Source: Lingula anatina (taxonomy: Eukaryota > Animalia > Brachiopoda). Taken from it: DNA of 64,000 nt. Below the pieces are notes generated by a model. That model did not search any database. It was not told the DNA's origin and saw nothing but the letters and a program-made list of their open reading frames with translations. The stretch lies in NCBI GenBank assembly GCA_051362555.1, contig CM120640.1, positions 55,468,788-55,532,787 on the forward strand, in the 5' to 3' direction. Below, in pieces: positions 25,501 through 40,500 of the stretch. The translations under genes and the position numbers were made by a program. Position 1 is the stretch's first letter, and each line of letters opens with the position of its first letter.

Positions 25501-28500
25501 TGCCATGCGTTCAGTAGGGTATGTTTGGGAGGTTTAATAAATATAAAAAAGAAATTATAAATGATATATAGACTCGCCCTTCAAGAAATCGACGCCTTCA
25601 AGAAATCGACGAAAACCGGAAGTGCGTGTTTTTTGCACTGTTTTTCCTGTCATGCCCATCGTAAACACTGTGTTGTCAAGTAAAACGAAGCGTCTGATAC
25701 AAAGTATCAAACGCGGCATTCACGTGCTTGCTTGCGATGCGTTCAGTACACTTTGTTTACACTGACAAGTCGAGGTCAGGAATGCACAATGTTTTTCTAT
25801 GTAATTACGCAGTTTCAATTTTGATTAGTGAATTTTCTTTTATCTGCATGGTCATTTTCCGAACGTTTGTATGAGCCACGAAATATTTCTCATCGGAAAA
25901 TCACCCAGCAGCTTTCCAAGTAGAAGCGAGTGACGTCATGACGCACTTCCGGTTTTCGTCGAGATCTTGAAGGGATAAGCGTTACGGTTTGCTGCACATT
26001 TAAAGCGTTCTGTCTCAAAATGTACTCAACTGCTTGGATTGAAATTTACAGAACTTATTCTTCACATGATATCACACATATGTGCTTAAATTGAGAGCTT
26101 TAGCTGTTATATGTTTTCTACAGTGCCCATTCAAAATTGAAAAAGAGCTATTTTCCGTCGATTTCTTGAAGGGCAAGTCTATGATTCCCACAAAATCAGA
26201 TTTTTACTTTTGATAGTTTTCCATGTTAAAAAAAATCTTTTAGGGAGTGAGAGGCATCATAATGGTGGATGAAAAATGTTTAAGAAAGAATTTTTTGATA
26301 TTTAATGTTTAAGAGTGGCGTTGAAATATGTTGGGTGGTGCTTTGACACCATATATTGCTGGATCCTCTTTGTCAGACCATCTTTGCCTTGTTCTAGGAT
26401 CTTCTCTTAATCTTAATTCATTTGTCTAGACAACTGGTGAAATAGGTAAGTAGTATGATACTGCCATTTATATATATATATGTGAGTGGAAATTGTATTC
26501 AATGAGTTAAAATACAGGGGTTAGAAAAACATGCATATTTACCTCAAAGTATTCATTAGTCTGTTAGTTGTTTGCTTTTCACACTTAATGCACAATAATA
26601 ATAGAAATTCAAATTCTGCAATATAAGATAAGATTTGAGAGTAAGTATCATTGTTTTTTTAATTATTAAGTATAAAAGACATCGTTTTGAATGACTGTTG
26701 GTTAGACAACCCATATTAGAATTGACTAAATCCTTTTGATATGATAATTATCTAAATATCTTGGTTATAATGTACACATGGGCAGAGATCTTGGTATGCC
26801 AGATGAATGATGCCCTTCATTATAGTTTAAGTGACCAATGTTATCTTTTAGATATAATGAGTGAAGTGGTAAGGGCAGAGACAAGTGGTTTGACAACACT
26901 GGGTATACACTCATAACACACTTTAGCCAATGTCCTTATCTTCCAGCATGCACCCTGACAGGCATATCAAATTTAGAAACAGATCTGTCAAAAATTGTAG
27001 CCCTGCGGACTATTATATTTCCAGTTCTGTTTATGCCTTTTTCTCCCTGCTTTCTATGGCCACCATTAAGTCAGAACAGTTCATACAGTCACCAGGCACG
27101 GCCCTCCTCCCCTTTAGTCACAGGTGGGACCCAGCTCAAATTGTTAACAAAACATAGTTAATGACCTTAAAATGTTCTTGAACCTTCACTGCCAAATAGG
27201 AAAATAAAGATGTGGTTTTCACAGTTTGCTGCAGCAAAAGAGTCAAGGTACGCAAGTTTGAGAGAGCAAACCTTGAAATTTGAAGATAAATTTGATTCCA
27301 GCTTTGAGATGTTACTTATCAATAGAGATTGTAGGTGTCTGGTTCATGTAATTTGCAGTTTGGTTTTTGGTGTGTTTAGGAGTTGAAGCAGAAAAGTATC
27401 CTAAAATTAGGCACATGTGTGGTTATGATGATGTCTGCATGACAACTGCATGCCTCCATGTTTCCTGCCAAAATTAATTCTGATAAATTCCTGGCTATGC
27501 ACTTGCAGAATCTGCAACCCATTGGTAGAAAAACGAAAGACCTGTTTTCTGGAAAAAGTGCTGTTACTTAAAACATTGCACAGTATGTGTATGACTTAAC
27601 ATTTTTTTTTATTTGGTGAAAAGAGTTTGTGTATGCTAGATGAATGGAATTGTGCCAGTAGCCAGCCCTGGAAATATGTTGTAGCACCAAGTGATATTTG
27701 GGTGGAATTCAGTTATCTTGCTTATCATATTTTTTCTGTGGGGTCTGATGCTTAGAGCCTCTCATGGGAGAAACTTGATTTATTTTGCTTTTGTCATTTG
27801 CATGGTAGAGTCATAATTAGATTTTTTTAATTTTTGATTTCAAGTATGATGATATATCATCATACTTGAAATCAAACAAAATTTGTACGATACAAAAAAT
27901 AAATAAAAATAAAATCCTGAAGAAAACTTTGTTAGACTCCAAGGAAGGCTCTGGGAATGGTCTCTTAATCTCCACATTTTAAGGCTTATTTAAGCTATGA
28001 ATGATAAAGTTGTGATCATAATGTATTTCAGACTTACTCCAGTGCACCAATGAACCCAATGTGTCCATCCCTCAGCTGGCAGATATACTTATTCAGAGGA
28101 CCCAGAGTCAGAACTGGGTGGTTGTGTTCAAAGCCCTTATTACAACACACAGTCTGATGAACTATGGAAATGAGGTGGGTGTCATCTCCAGCATTATCTT
28201 CAACATCACTGTCAACATGACAGATTGTTATCTTCACTTTAATTATCATGATTTTTATCATAATCATCATCATCATTATCAGTGCCAGCCTTTTTATGTA
28301 GAAAATCTTACTAGTAGAGGTCAGTGTAGTTTGAAAACCATTTGCATATCTCATTTCTGCTGATCCAGAATATATCTGATTTACTTTACTGAAAGAACAG
28401 TAAAACTTTCACTCCTTCACCACATGCTGTGGACCTACCATTCAGCCTCTCTTTTTCCAAGTAAAAGCCTTCTCTAGTGAATTTCTCAGAGCAGGTTGGA

Positions 28501-31500
28501 CTCTTATTTTGAAGGGCATGTTTGAAAAATACAAATAATTTAAAAAAGGATATTGAAACTGTGGAGAAGTAAATTGACAAACTGTCCCTCTAAGGTCCGA
28601 TTCAGATCGAGAAGAGCTGAGTGCTAGCTAGGCCGTGACCTAAATATGGCAGACCTACATGAAAGGAAGACTGCTTAATCCTGTAATGGTCTCTCTGCCT
28701 CTCAGACGCCTCCCCACGCATCGTCCCTCGACCGGTTGAATTGAGCCGAGATTTAATTACTGTGCCCCTGCAGGGGGGGGAAGGTGGAGAGACCATTACA
28801 TGATTAAGTGGTCTTCCTTCATGTAGGTCTGCCATATTTAGGTCATGGCCTAGCTGGCACTCGGCTCTTCTCGATCTGAATAGGGCCTAATTTGTTGAAA
28901 ATGTAAAAGGTGGATCCCCTCCCCCCCCCCCCCTCAAAAAAGAAAAAAAAGTGTCTGTGTATGAAAAAAATTGTTCATCTATTATATGCTAAATTATAGA
29001 TTTTGTGAAATGCAATTTCCATTAATAGAGTTTTTTTTTAAAAAATGCACTGGTGAAAAAGGTTGTTTTTTAAGTGATTTTTTAACATGTTCTCAGAAAT
29101 CCATCATGGCTCTAAGAATTACAGCTGTTTTTAATATTATGCACATTTGTCTCTAAGTGCTTTCCAGTTGCCTTGAGAGTACCTTTTTGAAACAGAGCCT
29201 CACAGTTGTGTACACTATGGTAAAAACTCATTGATTTTGAACAATATAAATTTAAGAATATTTCACAAAACACTATATTTTTCATTTCCTTGAACATTAC
29301 ATTAAAGTTTACGGTCAAGGAATATATTTTAAGTCAAATAGTTTTATTGTAAGTATATTACATGTAGAAATCTTGAAAAATAAAATGTTGGAATATAACT
29401 TGGTGTTTGAAGTTTTTAGTAATTACAATGCACAGTCGCATTCAGTTTCTTAGTGTAAATCTCTAGCAGCAATCATAGCTATTATAGTTTGTAATCACTG
29501 GCTTTCTACAACATAAATATTCCAGCTCTTTTAGAAACTCTCTGAAAGAAATATCATGTTTACATATAAAAGAAGACCTGCAGCTTTGTTGATTGTTAAA
29601 ACATAAAAACAAGAACTAAACTAGGTCTGACTGAGTGCCTTCAACCAGAAATGGCTGGAAAATTTAATTAGCACATTGGGTTGGAATGGAAAACGTGAAA
29701 GTATGCTTGAATTCCCTTACACAGATTCTGTTTAGTTGCCCAGCATTTTATACAAAAATGATTATAATATAATATGATTACTGATTTAGAAACATAAAAT
29801 GTATCTTACCAGCTGATGTCTTGGTCCTCTGTGGAAAAGAAAAGCATTCTCCATCATATATGGAATTGTTATCAATATATTGTTAAAGTTTTGTTAGAAA
29901 TTTCACAAGTCTGATGATAGTAGCCACAATCTTAAGGATTTTTGATCCAAAATGTTTTTGTAGATTGTTAATAAAAAGATAAAACTTATAGATTTTCATA
30001 AGGATCATAATGGTTGTTTATATGTAAAAAAATTCCTGAACTTTAATAGTTAATTTAATTTTTCTCTCATTTCAGCGTTTTACACAGTATCTAGCATCCA
30101 ACAATTGTTCCTTTAATTTGAGTGGGTTCCTAGATAAAAATGGAGTCCAAGGTAAGTATAGAATGCTGTAATGCCTGGACTCAAAGGTAACTGAAATCGA
30201 AAGTTGGTATCTAAGACAACATTTTGCCTAACCTTAATCTCATATATATATCTATGGTATATAATTTTCAAGTACTAGCCATCTGGTGCTTATTGCAAAC
30301 CAGCCCCATTGACCTTAAGTGGACTACTGATAAATTGTTAAAAAGACATATAACAAAACCTTTTTCAATGCTCATAAGATGATGATGTGTTAATATATTA
30401 TGAAATTGTACTTATTGCAGGTTATGACATGTCCACATTCATCCGTAGATATTCCAAATACCTCAATGAAAAGGCGGTGTCCTACAGACTGATGGCATAT
30501 GATTTCTGCAAAGTCAAAAGAGGGTTGGTAAAAATTCACTACTTGAATTACTGTCCTATTAATAAAAATTCAGGAGATTTTAGTGTGCTAAAAACGTCTT
30601 TGTTTTCTACTATGTTCTTGCACCAAAAATAATGATCTTGTAAATCTATTTGTCAGAGTAATAGGAAGGACGCTTACTGTGAAAAATCCAATATTGTTGT
30701 ATGGGGATTTGGGCAGGATTTCTTGTGTTAAAAAGGTTGAGCATTAGGTCAATGGGCAGCAGATCAATGGTGAAGTACTTTCCAGTTCCTGTTAGTGTGT
30801 TAAAAAGTATTCATACCAGATTCTGGAAAATTGAGTTGCATTATTTTGCTCACTTTGCATCATTTCTTAGAAAACATCAATTCAATCAGAATGAGCACAA
30901 AAATTTGGTGCATGTTTGGAAAAAGCATATATTCCACACATAGCCATCACTTATGAATTATGCATAGAAAGTGTGTTCCAGTTGATCCACTTAGCTCAGG
31001 AAATCTGAAAAGCTGTTTATCCCTGGGATATGACCATTAAACATGACTGCTAGGGAAAGCACTATCAGACACTGTCATATTGGCCAAATATTGGCAATAT
31101 GGTTGCTTTTTTATTTTTCAGTTATTATAATTCCACACCTGCAGTGATAATAAACATATATGAAATTAAAATCAGTTGAATTTGATATATTAGTAGATTA
31201 AGAATTACCCATCATTTGATTTGTAAAGTATGGTTTCAAGGCAGAATTTGTTAAATAGAAACCTCTTTCTTTATAGCTTAGGAATAAAGCTATTTTTCCT
31301 GTGTGAGGATACAGTATCATCTGGGGAGCTGGAATAATTTGCAGAGTAAAAATCAATTCTAGCCTTAGTAGTTTCATCTTCTTGGAAGTGATTTATTGGT
31401 GCTGTTCAAATGTTGGATGATGCATCTTTCTTGGGATTTACTCACATTTCAGTTTCCAGTAGTATCATCATAAGGCAATGTAACATAGGGAATCTTCTGG

Positions 31501-34500
31501 TAATGCTGAATGATTGTCAGGGTGCTTAAATGCATATAAGACTGTGTCCTTAATGGCAGGTGTAATAAACCGAGTTTTGTCCCCAGTGGTTACATAAATA
31601 TAGGCCATCTTCTTATAAACTTAGTTTTTAAGGCTTTTTCTCCAGGCGGTCTTCCAGAACCTACAGACCTAGTTACCTTACAACATTAACAAAAGCTGTG
31701 TTTTAAGTAAAGGGGTATTTTTGAAAAGACAGAAGGCAAGAAGATTTTAAATAGACCTGTTTTGGGGGCTAACACAAAGACTTTGAAGTTTATGTTCATC
31801 ATTTTTCCTATCATGTAAGCTATCCTCTTAGGCAGTGTATCAGCACATTACAATATAGCATCTTCTCAGCTGAGAGAAGGACGCCAGACTTTGAAAATCA
31901 ATAGATTGTGATGCATACATCTCAAATACCATGTAAAGCCCCTTTGGTTAAAGTAAGTTATATGGTGGTTTCCAATTGAATTTAGAATCAGTGATGACAT
32001 TAAATCCAGAAGAGATGTGATACTGCATCTTGGGATTGTTTGGGATTTAATGGGGAAAAAAGGCTTATTTTATTTTACTTTTTAAATATTTATTTTTGTT
32101 TATTGAAAGATAAAAGAATACATGATGTTCAAAAGATCGTTTTAATCCATTGGGAATTACAACTTAATACAAGACAAAAATGATTACTGCATTTGTGTTA
32201 ATGTTTTAATGCAAACTTGATGTGCACCACTTCATTGATTATGCTATCTATTTTCTTGTTGATTACTCCATCGTAGCCTGCACAGTGATGCATATAATTT
32301 AACGAGAACATTCAGATGGTTTTCATTGCTTTTACTGGTCTTTTCACCGAAAGAATCTAAGAGGTATATTTAGATGCAGAACTGGACTAAATAGGTTTGG
32401 GACTAAAAGTCGTCACCAAACAGCCAGATCCATTTTCAAGTGCTTTGATATCAGTAAGTGCTGCAATGTATCACTGAACAGAGGGACATCTATAAAAAGA
32501 TCCCACTGTATTTCAAACAAGACAAAGCTAGTTGAAGCAAATATTTTGAAGTCAAAACTCTGAATGTAACAATCTCATGTAACCATAAATTTACAACATA
32601 TTATCAATATATAAGGTATGATTACAGTTTGTTAAGTCAGGCCATACAGGACAGGATTTAAACGACTGCATATGCGCTAAAAGTGCACTGTTTGAAATAT
32701 AAACAAGTTGGTAAAATTGACAAAACCTGCCAGTGTTTACCGTCTGGTTGATTTTATTTAATTTGCTCTTTGGTGTCATTATAAGAATCCATACAAGAAA
32801 TGTTCTATTGATTTTATGTTTAAAAAAAGTAAATTCATTGGACTTTCCTTAGAATAACATTTATTTTGCCTTCATTACAAGGGGATTCCCACTGTATTGA
32901 TATTGTTATATGGGGCCCCAAAGGGGATTTTCCACCCTCCCCCACTCTTGATAAATAAAATGCTCCATGTGGCAGATCGAAAATGACATTGCAAAATGCA
33001 TTTCAAGTCGTATGAAGGTTAATTGCAGATAATGCTGCGAGGATATTCTTATGCGAGAACGAACTCTGGCAATATAAAATTTTTGACTTTGTCTTCCTTG
33101 TTTGGAGCGCCAGTTCTAATTTTTTGAAAGCGAGACAATGGAACCAAACACCACGATACAATTTGGAATCTCGTAAAAATGGATATCTTTTAATAAAGAT
33201 CATAGCATGGCATACATCAAAAGTCAGCACAATTATTGTTGTAATCTTCATAATAAATAATAAATATAAAATTTACGATATAAAAAGTTCTTATGCTTGT
33301 CCAATTTATGAGCTTAATTGATATTTTTTAGAATTTGGAGGCTAAAAACACCAGAGTTGTCTGGTTTCACATGGAGGCACAACATTTTGTTCCTGTGCTA
33401 GGACATACTTGACAATTGCCCAGAAATAACATATATTTGATATAAAATTCAAATGCTAACCTGTTTTACCCAAACCTGAATAAAAATGTTCCTGAACACA
33501 ACTCTGACATTTGCCCAAATTTATTTCTGTAAGCCTACCATTAAGCTCATCTAATGAGGAAAAAAATCAGGACATTTGGGATGAAAAAGTGATCTTAATC
33601 CAACATAAAACTAGTCTCTCATCTTGAAATGTTATTAATGTCAGCATATTGTTTTAGTTGAAGCATTATCTACCCTATCTACTGACCAACTGGGATTCTT
33701 TCTATGAATAATGTACATACAAAACGTGGAATTATATTTTTAAAAAATCCTGGGAAAATAATCCAGTGGAAGGTTTATTGTATTTATTTTATTAACTTAG
33801 AAAAGATCATTCCTTTAATTAAATATGAATTTGCTCTAAAATTTGCCATTTCTGAAAGATATGGAAAAGATGACTTTAGATACATATGAACAAGTGTAGA
33901 TTCCATGCAGTGCATATAAATCACTACTACTAGTTTCTTATGCAACTAAGTCTTCATAAAAAAAAAAAAAAAAAAAGCTTCAAACTGCACCTTCTTCACA
34001 TTTTGGGTTCTAAATTTGACCTATTTATCCATCCCTTCAGTAATGAAAAGTCCACCAAATGACCTAGTAATGAATGATGCATTACTGCTGTGCATACAAA
34101 CGCATAATTATTCAAATGACTAGGGTTATAGATAGCACAGAAAGAAAGCAGAAAATATCTGCACAAATATCGTTTTTTTGGGGAAATCTGAAACGATGCC
34201 TTTGGTATTTCTTTAAGTAATATGCTGCTTGAAACTGTATGGCAGCGTTTGGTGGAGTTTAGTGGCAATGATTTGACTTGTCAGCTCACTTGAAATGCAT
34301 CTTTAAATATAATGATTTTCCCAATATTTATAACATTTAGAAAAAATAAACCAGACAGATTTATGCTTTAGCTTCAGTGGGATTTCTGCTGACCTAGATT
34401 ACATGAGTAGTCCTTTGCATTTGACTGGGACTATTGTTAAAACATTTGGATTAGTTTACCAACATTGTACTTCATTGATCCAACATCGTTCAAAATTGGG

Positions 34501-37500
34501 AGTATTGATTAAATATATATGATGCTTTTTGAGTCTCAGAATTATCTATTATTACAACAGTTGGAGATTTAGAAATGGTTAAATGTACTGAGGTGACTTT
34601 GGGGACTGTGAGGTGTCAATTGAATAAATCTAAATAAGTTTGAGATTTGCCAACCCTGGCCTGTTAGTGTATCAGTTGCTGCAATGCTGTGTATTCTGAT
34701 CACTTCCTAGTGCTATAAACATTTGTCTGCAAATGAATATATAACAAGTTTATCTTGAAATAACATGTGAGGTACCACATTGATTTTCAGTATTAAAACA
34801 TGATGTCACTGCTAATAGTAAAAAAAATCAAAATGGCATCTTCACACATAAGTTCCCTTATTCCACTAGAGGGGACTTGCCTATACAGGCTGTGTTGCTA
34901 CCATAGACTTCAACACAGCATTAACTGGTTACTAACAAGTCCAGTCTTATGACACCACAAATCTTTGGTTAATGCAAATTAAGTATATCTTTACTCAGGG
35001 TACTTTTTGACAAAAGGCTCTCTAACTGTCGGTTACATCAGAATGATGAGCATTTTAAGCAGACCTTTTATGGGCATTGTCCTAAAACCATTGCAATTCC
35101 ACTCCATTGATTGTTTCATACTTATTTAATACTATTTGTTAAATTGAAGTTAACCTACATATTTTAATTGCAGAAAAGATGATGGTATGCTGAGAACAAT
35201 GCATGGAGATAAGGTATGGAATCCTTTTAGTATGTCCTTGATCTTCTTCAGTTCACCACTTCATATAATATGAAGTTATGCCAGGCAAACTAAAATATTG
35301 GCAAACAAACATAAAAATGGAATGAATGTCATCACAACTGTTTGCATAAAAACCTGTCTAAAATTATTAACAATCTGTATGTTTGAATAATAGGCTTATG
35401 TTTAAGTAAGGAGTATTATGTATGAGGTCATTAATGTTTCTGATCCTCAACATATTTATGATTTTAAATTATTTGTTATTACACATTTAGTTGCTGAAGA
35501 CCCTTCCAGCTTTACAGAATCAGCTAGATGCTTTATTGGAATTTGATGTAAGTATAAGTAATTATTTTGAGAAAAGTTACATCTCCATTTATCAAATCAC
35601 CCACAAATGATCATTTACTGGTTCCCAGGTCAGTGTTCACTCATAAGAGAAGAAAAGAGAAATGCAAAAATGGTTTGCAATTATTTTTTATAAAAATATG
35701 TATGTGTGTACAACACTAACGCATTAAGTAAACAGATAATAGAAATCAAAGAGACAGAAAGGAAGATTGATTAGATAAACAAGTTAAAGTACTAATGAAA
35801 TTATTGGAAAATAAGTAAGCACATATACAGAACATATAAATTAGCATATATCAGGAGTAAAATGTACATAAGGCCCTGTAGGTTAACCTCTCCCAAATTA
35901 CAAAATGTATAATTTAGATGGGTAAATACTGCTGGCCAATCCTACTCCCTCATAGTAATATATTTATGAAAATATGTACATGCACTTCCACATTAGGAGG
36001 ATAATGTGGAAGTGCATGTACATATTTTGATAAACAAGGTAATTAACAACAATAGGTTATCATCTATGAAAGTCTGTCAAAATATTCCTATGTGTTGGCT
36101 TACAATGGGGGTGCTTTCATGTGAACGGAGATTAATTTGTCTCATTATAACAAACAATTTTGTGTTTCCAAACATTGCTGTGTATTTTAAACTTTTTAAT
36201 TCTTAGCCAAAAATGACACTCAAACAGCACTTAAATGTTGGACACAGACATACCAGTCTGTTTTGCAGCTGTACATTATGGAAAAGAAAGCTCTCAGAAA
36301 TTTTTTTTTTTTTTTTTTTCTTTTTTTGTCATCGCAGGGATCATTTCAGCACACACAAGAGAAAAACAAAAATTGCTCTTCGCCGCAAATTTTGATGGGT
36401 GAAGAAAGCGGGTTGTTGTGAGTTACTGTCGTGTCCATTTTCAACTTCAGTACAAAGTATTATCTCCCATACACGTGAACTATACATGTAGTTCAATTTG
36501 GGGATTTTAATACCTGAAATGCACTTTTCATAAAACAACAAGGTGTAAGGAAATCCATTGATGATGTAGTGACCCGGTAACATGAATATTAAATGAGAAT
36601 AACTAAATGAGCTATATCCGGTTCCTGCTTTTTGTAGTGAAACACACCCCAGACGATTTCATGTCATTTCTGTTTTATCAGGATCACAGTGTGCTTTCCC
36701 ATCTCATGAAGGTGGTTGTATTGTTAAATATGTCAGTATGTTTCCTTTCCAGTGTACAGCTAATGAACTCACCAATGGAGTAATCAATGCCTGCTTTATG
36801 ATGTTGTTCAAAGACTTGATCAGGTTATTTGCATGTTATAATGATGGGATCATAAATTTATTAGGTAAGTAAGATGTCTCATTTGCTTTTGTAAAGAAAT
36901 GCATAATTCCATTCAAAAATATTAGAAAATTTCAGGGGCGACTCTGTAGAAGGCTGCAGCATTACATAAAATGTTTACTTAGCATTTAATACTTTATATA
37001 TATAAAGAAATACAAAGATTAATGCTTGATAGTAAATGGAATTATTTCTATTACCTATTGGTGATATACATTTCCAGAAAAATATTTTGAAATGAATAAG
37101 AAGCAATGTAAAGATGGTCTGGATATTTACAAGAAGTTTTTAGTCAGGATGGACAAAGTCTCAGAATTTCTCAAAGTAGCTGAGGTAAGCTTTTTGAGTT
37201 TCTTAATACTGCTGTTCAACAAATGCTACTTTGCTACTTAATGTTCGATTTATTGCCTTTACCTAAGTGCCTGAAATGAAGGCCACTATAAAAGTTTTGC
37301 TAGAAGAGATAATCATTTTATTTTGAAAATGTGTGTAGCAAGAATGAATATTTGGACATTTTTTTATTTGAATCAATTATTTTTGAATATGATTATATAA
37401 AAATTTCATTGCTTGTGATTTAATTCCAGCAAGTAGGGATTGACAAAGGTGACATTCCAGATTTAGCCAAGGTGAGTTCAGAAAACATAATTGCTTGATA

Positions 37501-40500
37501 ACCAAGCAGACAAGAAAGCGAAACCTTGTTTGTGAAATTTTTGATACCCAGAAAAAATAGATTTGAATATTACTCAATGTCAAAATGGTGGTACTTGATT
37601 TTGATTTATTTGCATCTCTTTTCCTTTGATTAAAAGAGTTTGATTTTGGTTGCTGCAGTTTTGAAGCCCCTTTATTTCCTTGTCAGAATCTGAAGAACAA
37701 TGCCCAGTACCAAAGTGTAAGTCTCTTTTGCCAAGTATTTCATTCCCTGTAGGTGGTATTGGCTTTAATTCAAACACTGCCCCCGTATACATAAGACAAT
37801 ATTTTAGAATTATGAGATAACACAAAATACAGAATTCAACAACATCCTGTAATTTTGGTTATTCTAACCTTTTCCGGCATTCACAGTTATAACTTTTTCC
37901 TGGTGCCAGTTTTAGACATTACTTATCAAAGCATTTCTGCCATTATGTAATCTGGATCATTGGCAGAAAATTTGATTTCAAATTAAGCAGGTATTACAAT
38001 AACTAAGATTCATTGAAAAAGCTTTTGTTTTCCTTTGTAGTTACGGACAATTTATTAGAACACTGGTTTCAAATGAGCAGTTTTTTTTTTTTTTTTTTTT
38101 TTAGATAGAATACAATAAAATCATGAGTGATGTATCCAAATGAAAGCACAACCATTTCAGAAATAATCCACTTACCTGGTGCTTATGTGGCATTTTTATC
38201 TTTTAATGATTATCATTGTTATTTAGAGTTATTTAGATCGATGATAAAATGTGTCATGAGCAGTGATAACATTAAATTGATAGTATCAAAATGATTAGAA
38301 TCAAATCATGTGCACAAGGGGTGTGTGTAGAATTTCATGCTTAATTTTCCTTCTGCTTGTTTGTTCACATCTGTGGTAATCATTTGAATGATTGCTGTAA
38401 ATGACAAGATATATTGATGTCGAGAGGTGGTTGTGATCACTTAAGTTTAAACAACTGAATTTATATTTATACTAATACTGAATGAGATTTGAGAAACAGT
38501 TAAGAAAAAGTTTATTATACAAGAAGGCAAAATAGAACACCAACCTGTGCAAACCTTTGTGGAAAGCATTCTTTTCTTATCTGTTGCAATAGATCTGTCT
38601 CATAGTGACTCAGCAATTGTTTGATATGAGGATTAATGCTGAAAAGATATAATGCTGTGCATGGTTTTATAAGACTTTTCTCATAATTATAACCTGCTAC
38701 TGTAACCACTCTTTAAAGTAGTATATATAATACTTTTTAGCAACTTAATAAATTTCAATAAAGCATGTAACCATCTTAACTACAACAGGTCACGTTTGCG
38801 ATAAGTTTCTAGATTCACCAAAATAAAAAAAGGTGGGGTGTCTGTCCCAGCTGTTAGAAGCACACCATAAATGGAGATTATCATAATATTAAGTATACAT
38901 GTAAAATTTTATTTTACAGATAGTAGCATCAGTTTTTTTTTTTTTGTCAAAGACATTTTCATGCTTATGTATAGGCACTTTTGATTTGTCTGTGTGGACA
39001 TAACCTTGATATATATATTTTTTTCCTGTTTAGGCTCCTTCCAGTTTGCTTGATGCATTAGAGCAACACTTGGCGTCTTTGGAGGGTAAAAAAGGAGCAG
39101 CTCCACCAACAACAGTCGCAAGGTAAAGTGACTTGTTATTCAGATGTGTTGTAAAATACTTACAATTGAGTAACGGCATTACACGTTTTGAATTTGGTTA
39201 ACTCCATTGTATTTTGAAAGACTGATCCACTGTGATATGTGCAGTATTGTTATTTAATCTCTTTTAATGTATATTTGATTCAAGAAACTTAACAAGAATG
39301 AGATTTTTCTGACCATTTGCAGATTTCTGACTTTTTGGGATTTTAAAACATCATTGGCCTAGGCAGCCCCCTGGACCCCATATTTTTTTTACTTTTTCAG
39401 TAAATGGCATCCTTATCCCTTTGTTATCATGTTATTCATGTACTTTTATAAAGGTGACTTGGATAAAAAGTATTGCTACCTATAGTCCTTAAAGATCTAT
39501 TTTAAAGCATAATTAGAAAATATAATAAAATAAAACGACCAATCTCATCATTGAGTAGAATTATGTAGAGCTGTTCTCTGTATAGCCATTTATGAAATAT
39601 GCCATAATAACGGTACCAGGAGTTGTAATTTTGATACTGGTTTTCTTCCAGGCCTGGCAGCATAACATCAGCCATCAACACATTATCTAACAATTCACAG
39701 CAAGTGGCAGGAGGCAGTGTCAGTGGAGGAAGCATTAGTGAAGATGAGAAAAAGAGAATATTGGATGAAGAAAATGCTCGATTGCAACAACTGAAGGTGC
39801 ATTTTATGTTTTTTTTTTTAATTATTTTCGTTGTTGCATGGTATGTTTCCCATGCTTGTTAAGCTACAGTATTAATCAAATATCCAACTAAAATGCAATT
39901 AAATGTGCAGCAAACAAATAACTGCATGAAAAGATTTATATAGAAAATGCTTGGTACAGCAGAATCGAACCTCGACAACATTGATGCTATGCAGCTGTGT
40001 TGCTATAGATGTTTAACTTTTTGAAATGATGGTCAAAAATTTTGCCTCAGTAAACATAGCTATATTATAGATTCAGAGTGAATTTTTTCGTCTTTTATTT
40101 TTTAATTGAGAAAAAATCATACTTAGTTTGGCAATGTATATGAAATACAATTTCCTATCCCTCTTGAAGGATATTCATCTTTTAGAATAATTTAGAAAAG
40201 TTCAAACTATCACAAATACTTCTGTTTTTGATTACCTAGTAAGATTTAGAACAACTCATGGGACTCTGGATCTATGACTAGCTTGCAATATTTGCAGTAA
40301 CACATGCCCTTGTCATTTTTAGGTCTCCAAGGCTAAGGAACAGGTAGATCAATAAAGCGTGCTCTTCAAGCTTTGTTTTCTCATTACTGTTGGGCTTGCT
40401 TTGGTTTACTATGCTAATTTTTCTTTCCCCATTTTGTCTTTTTTTTTTTTAATAAATTGTTGATAGTTGCTGTGTGATCATTTGTGATTTGCTCATTGTT

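Noticed and set aside
39945-39980. B-box-like GGTTCGATTC on the minus strand (tRNA or SINE)
   Set aside because: No cloverleaf or A-box found; at most a SINE remnant.
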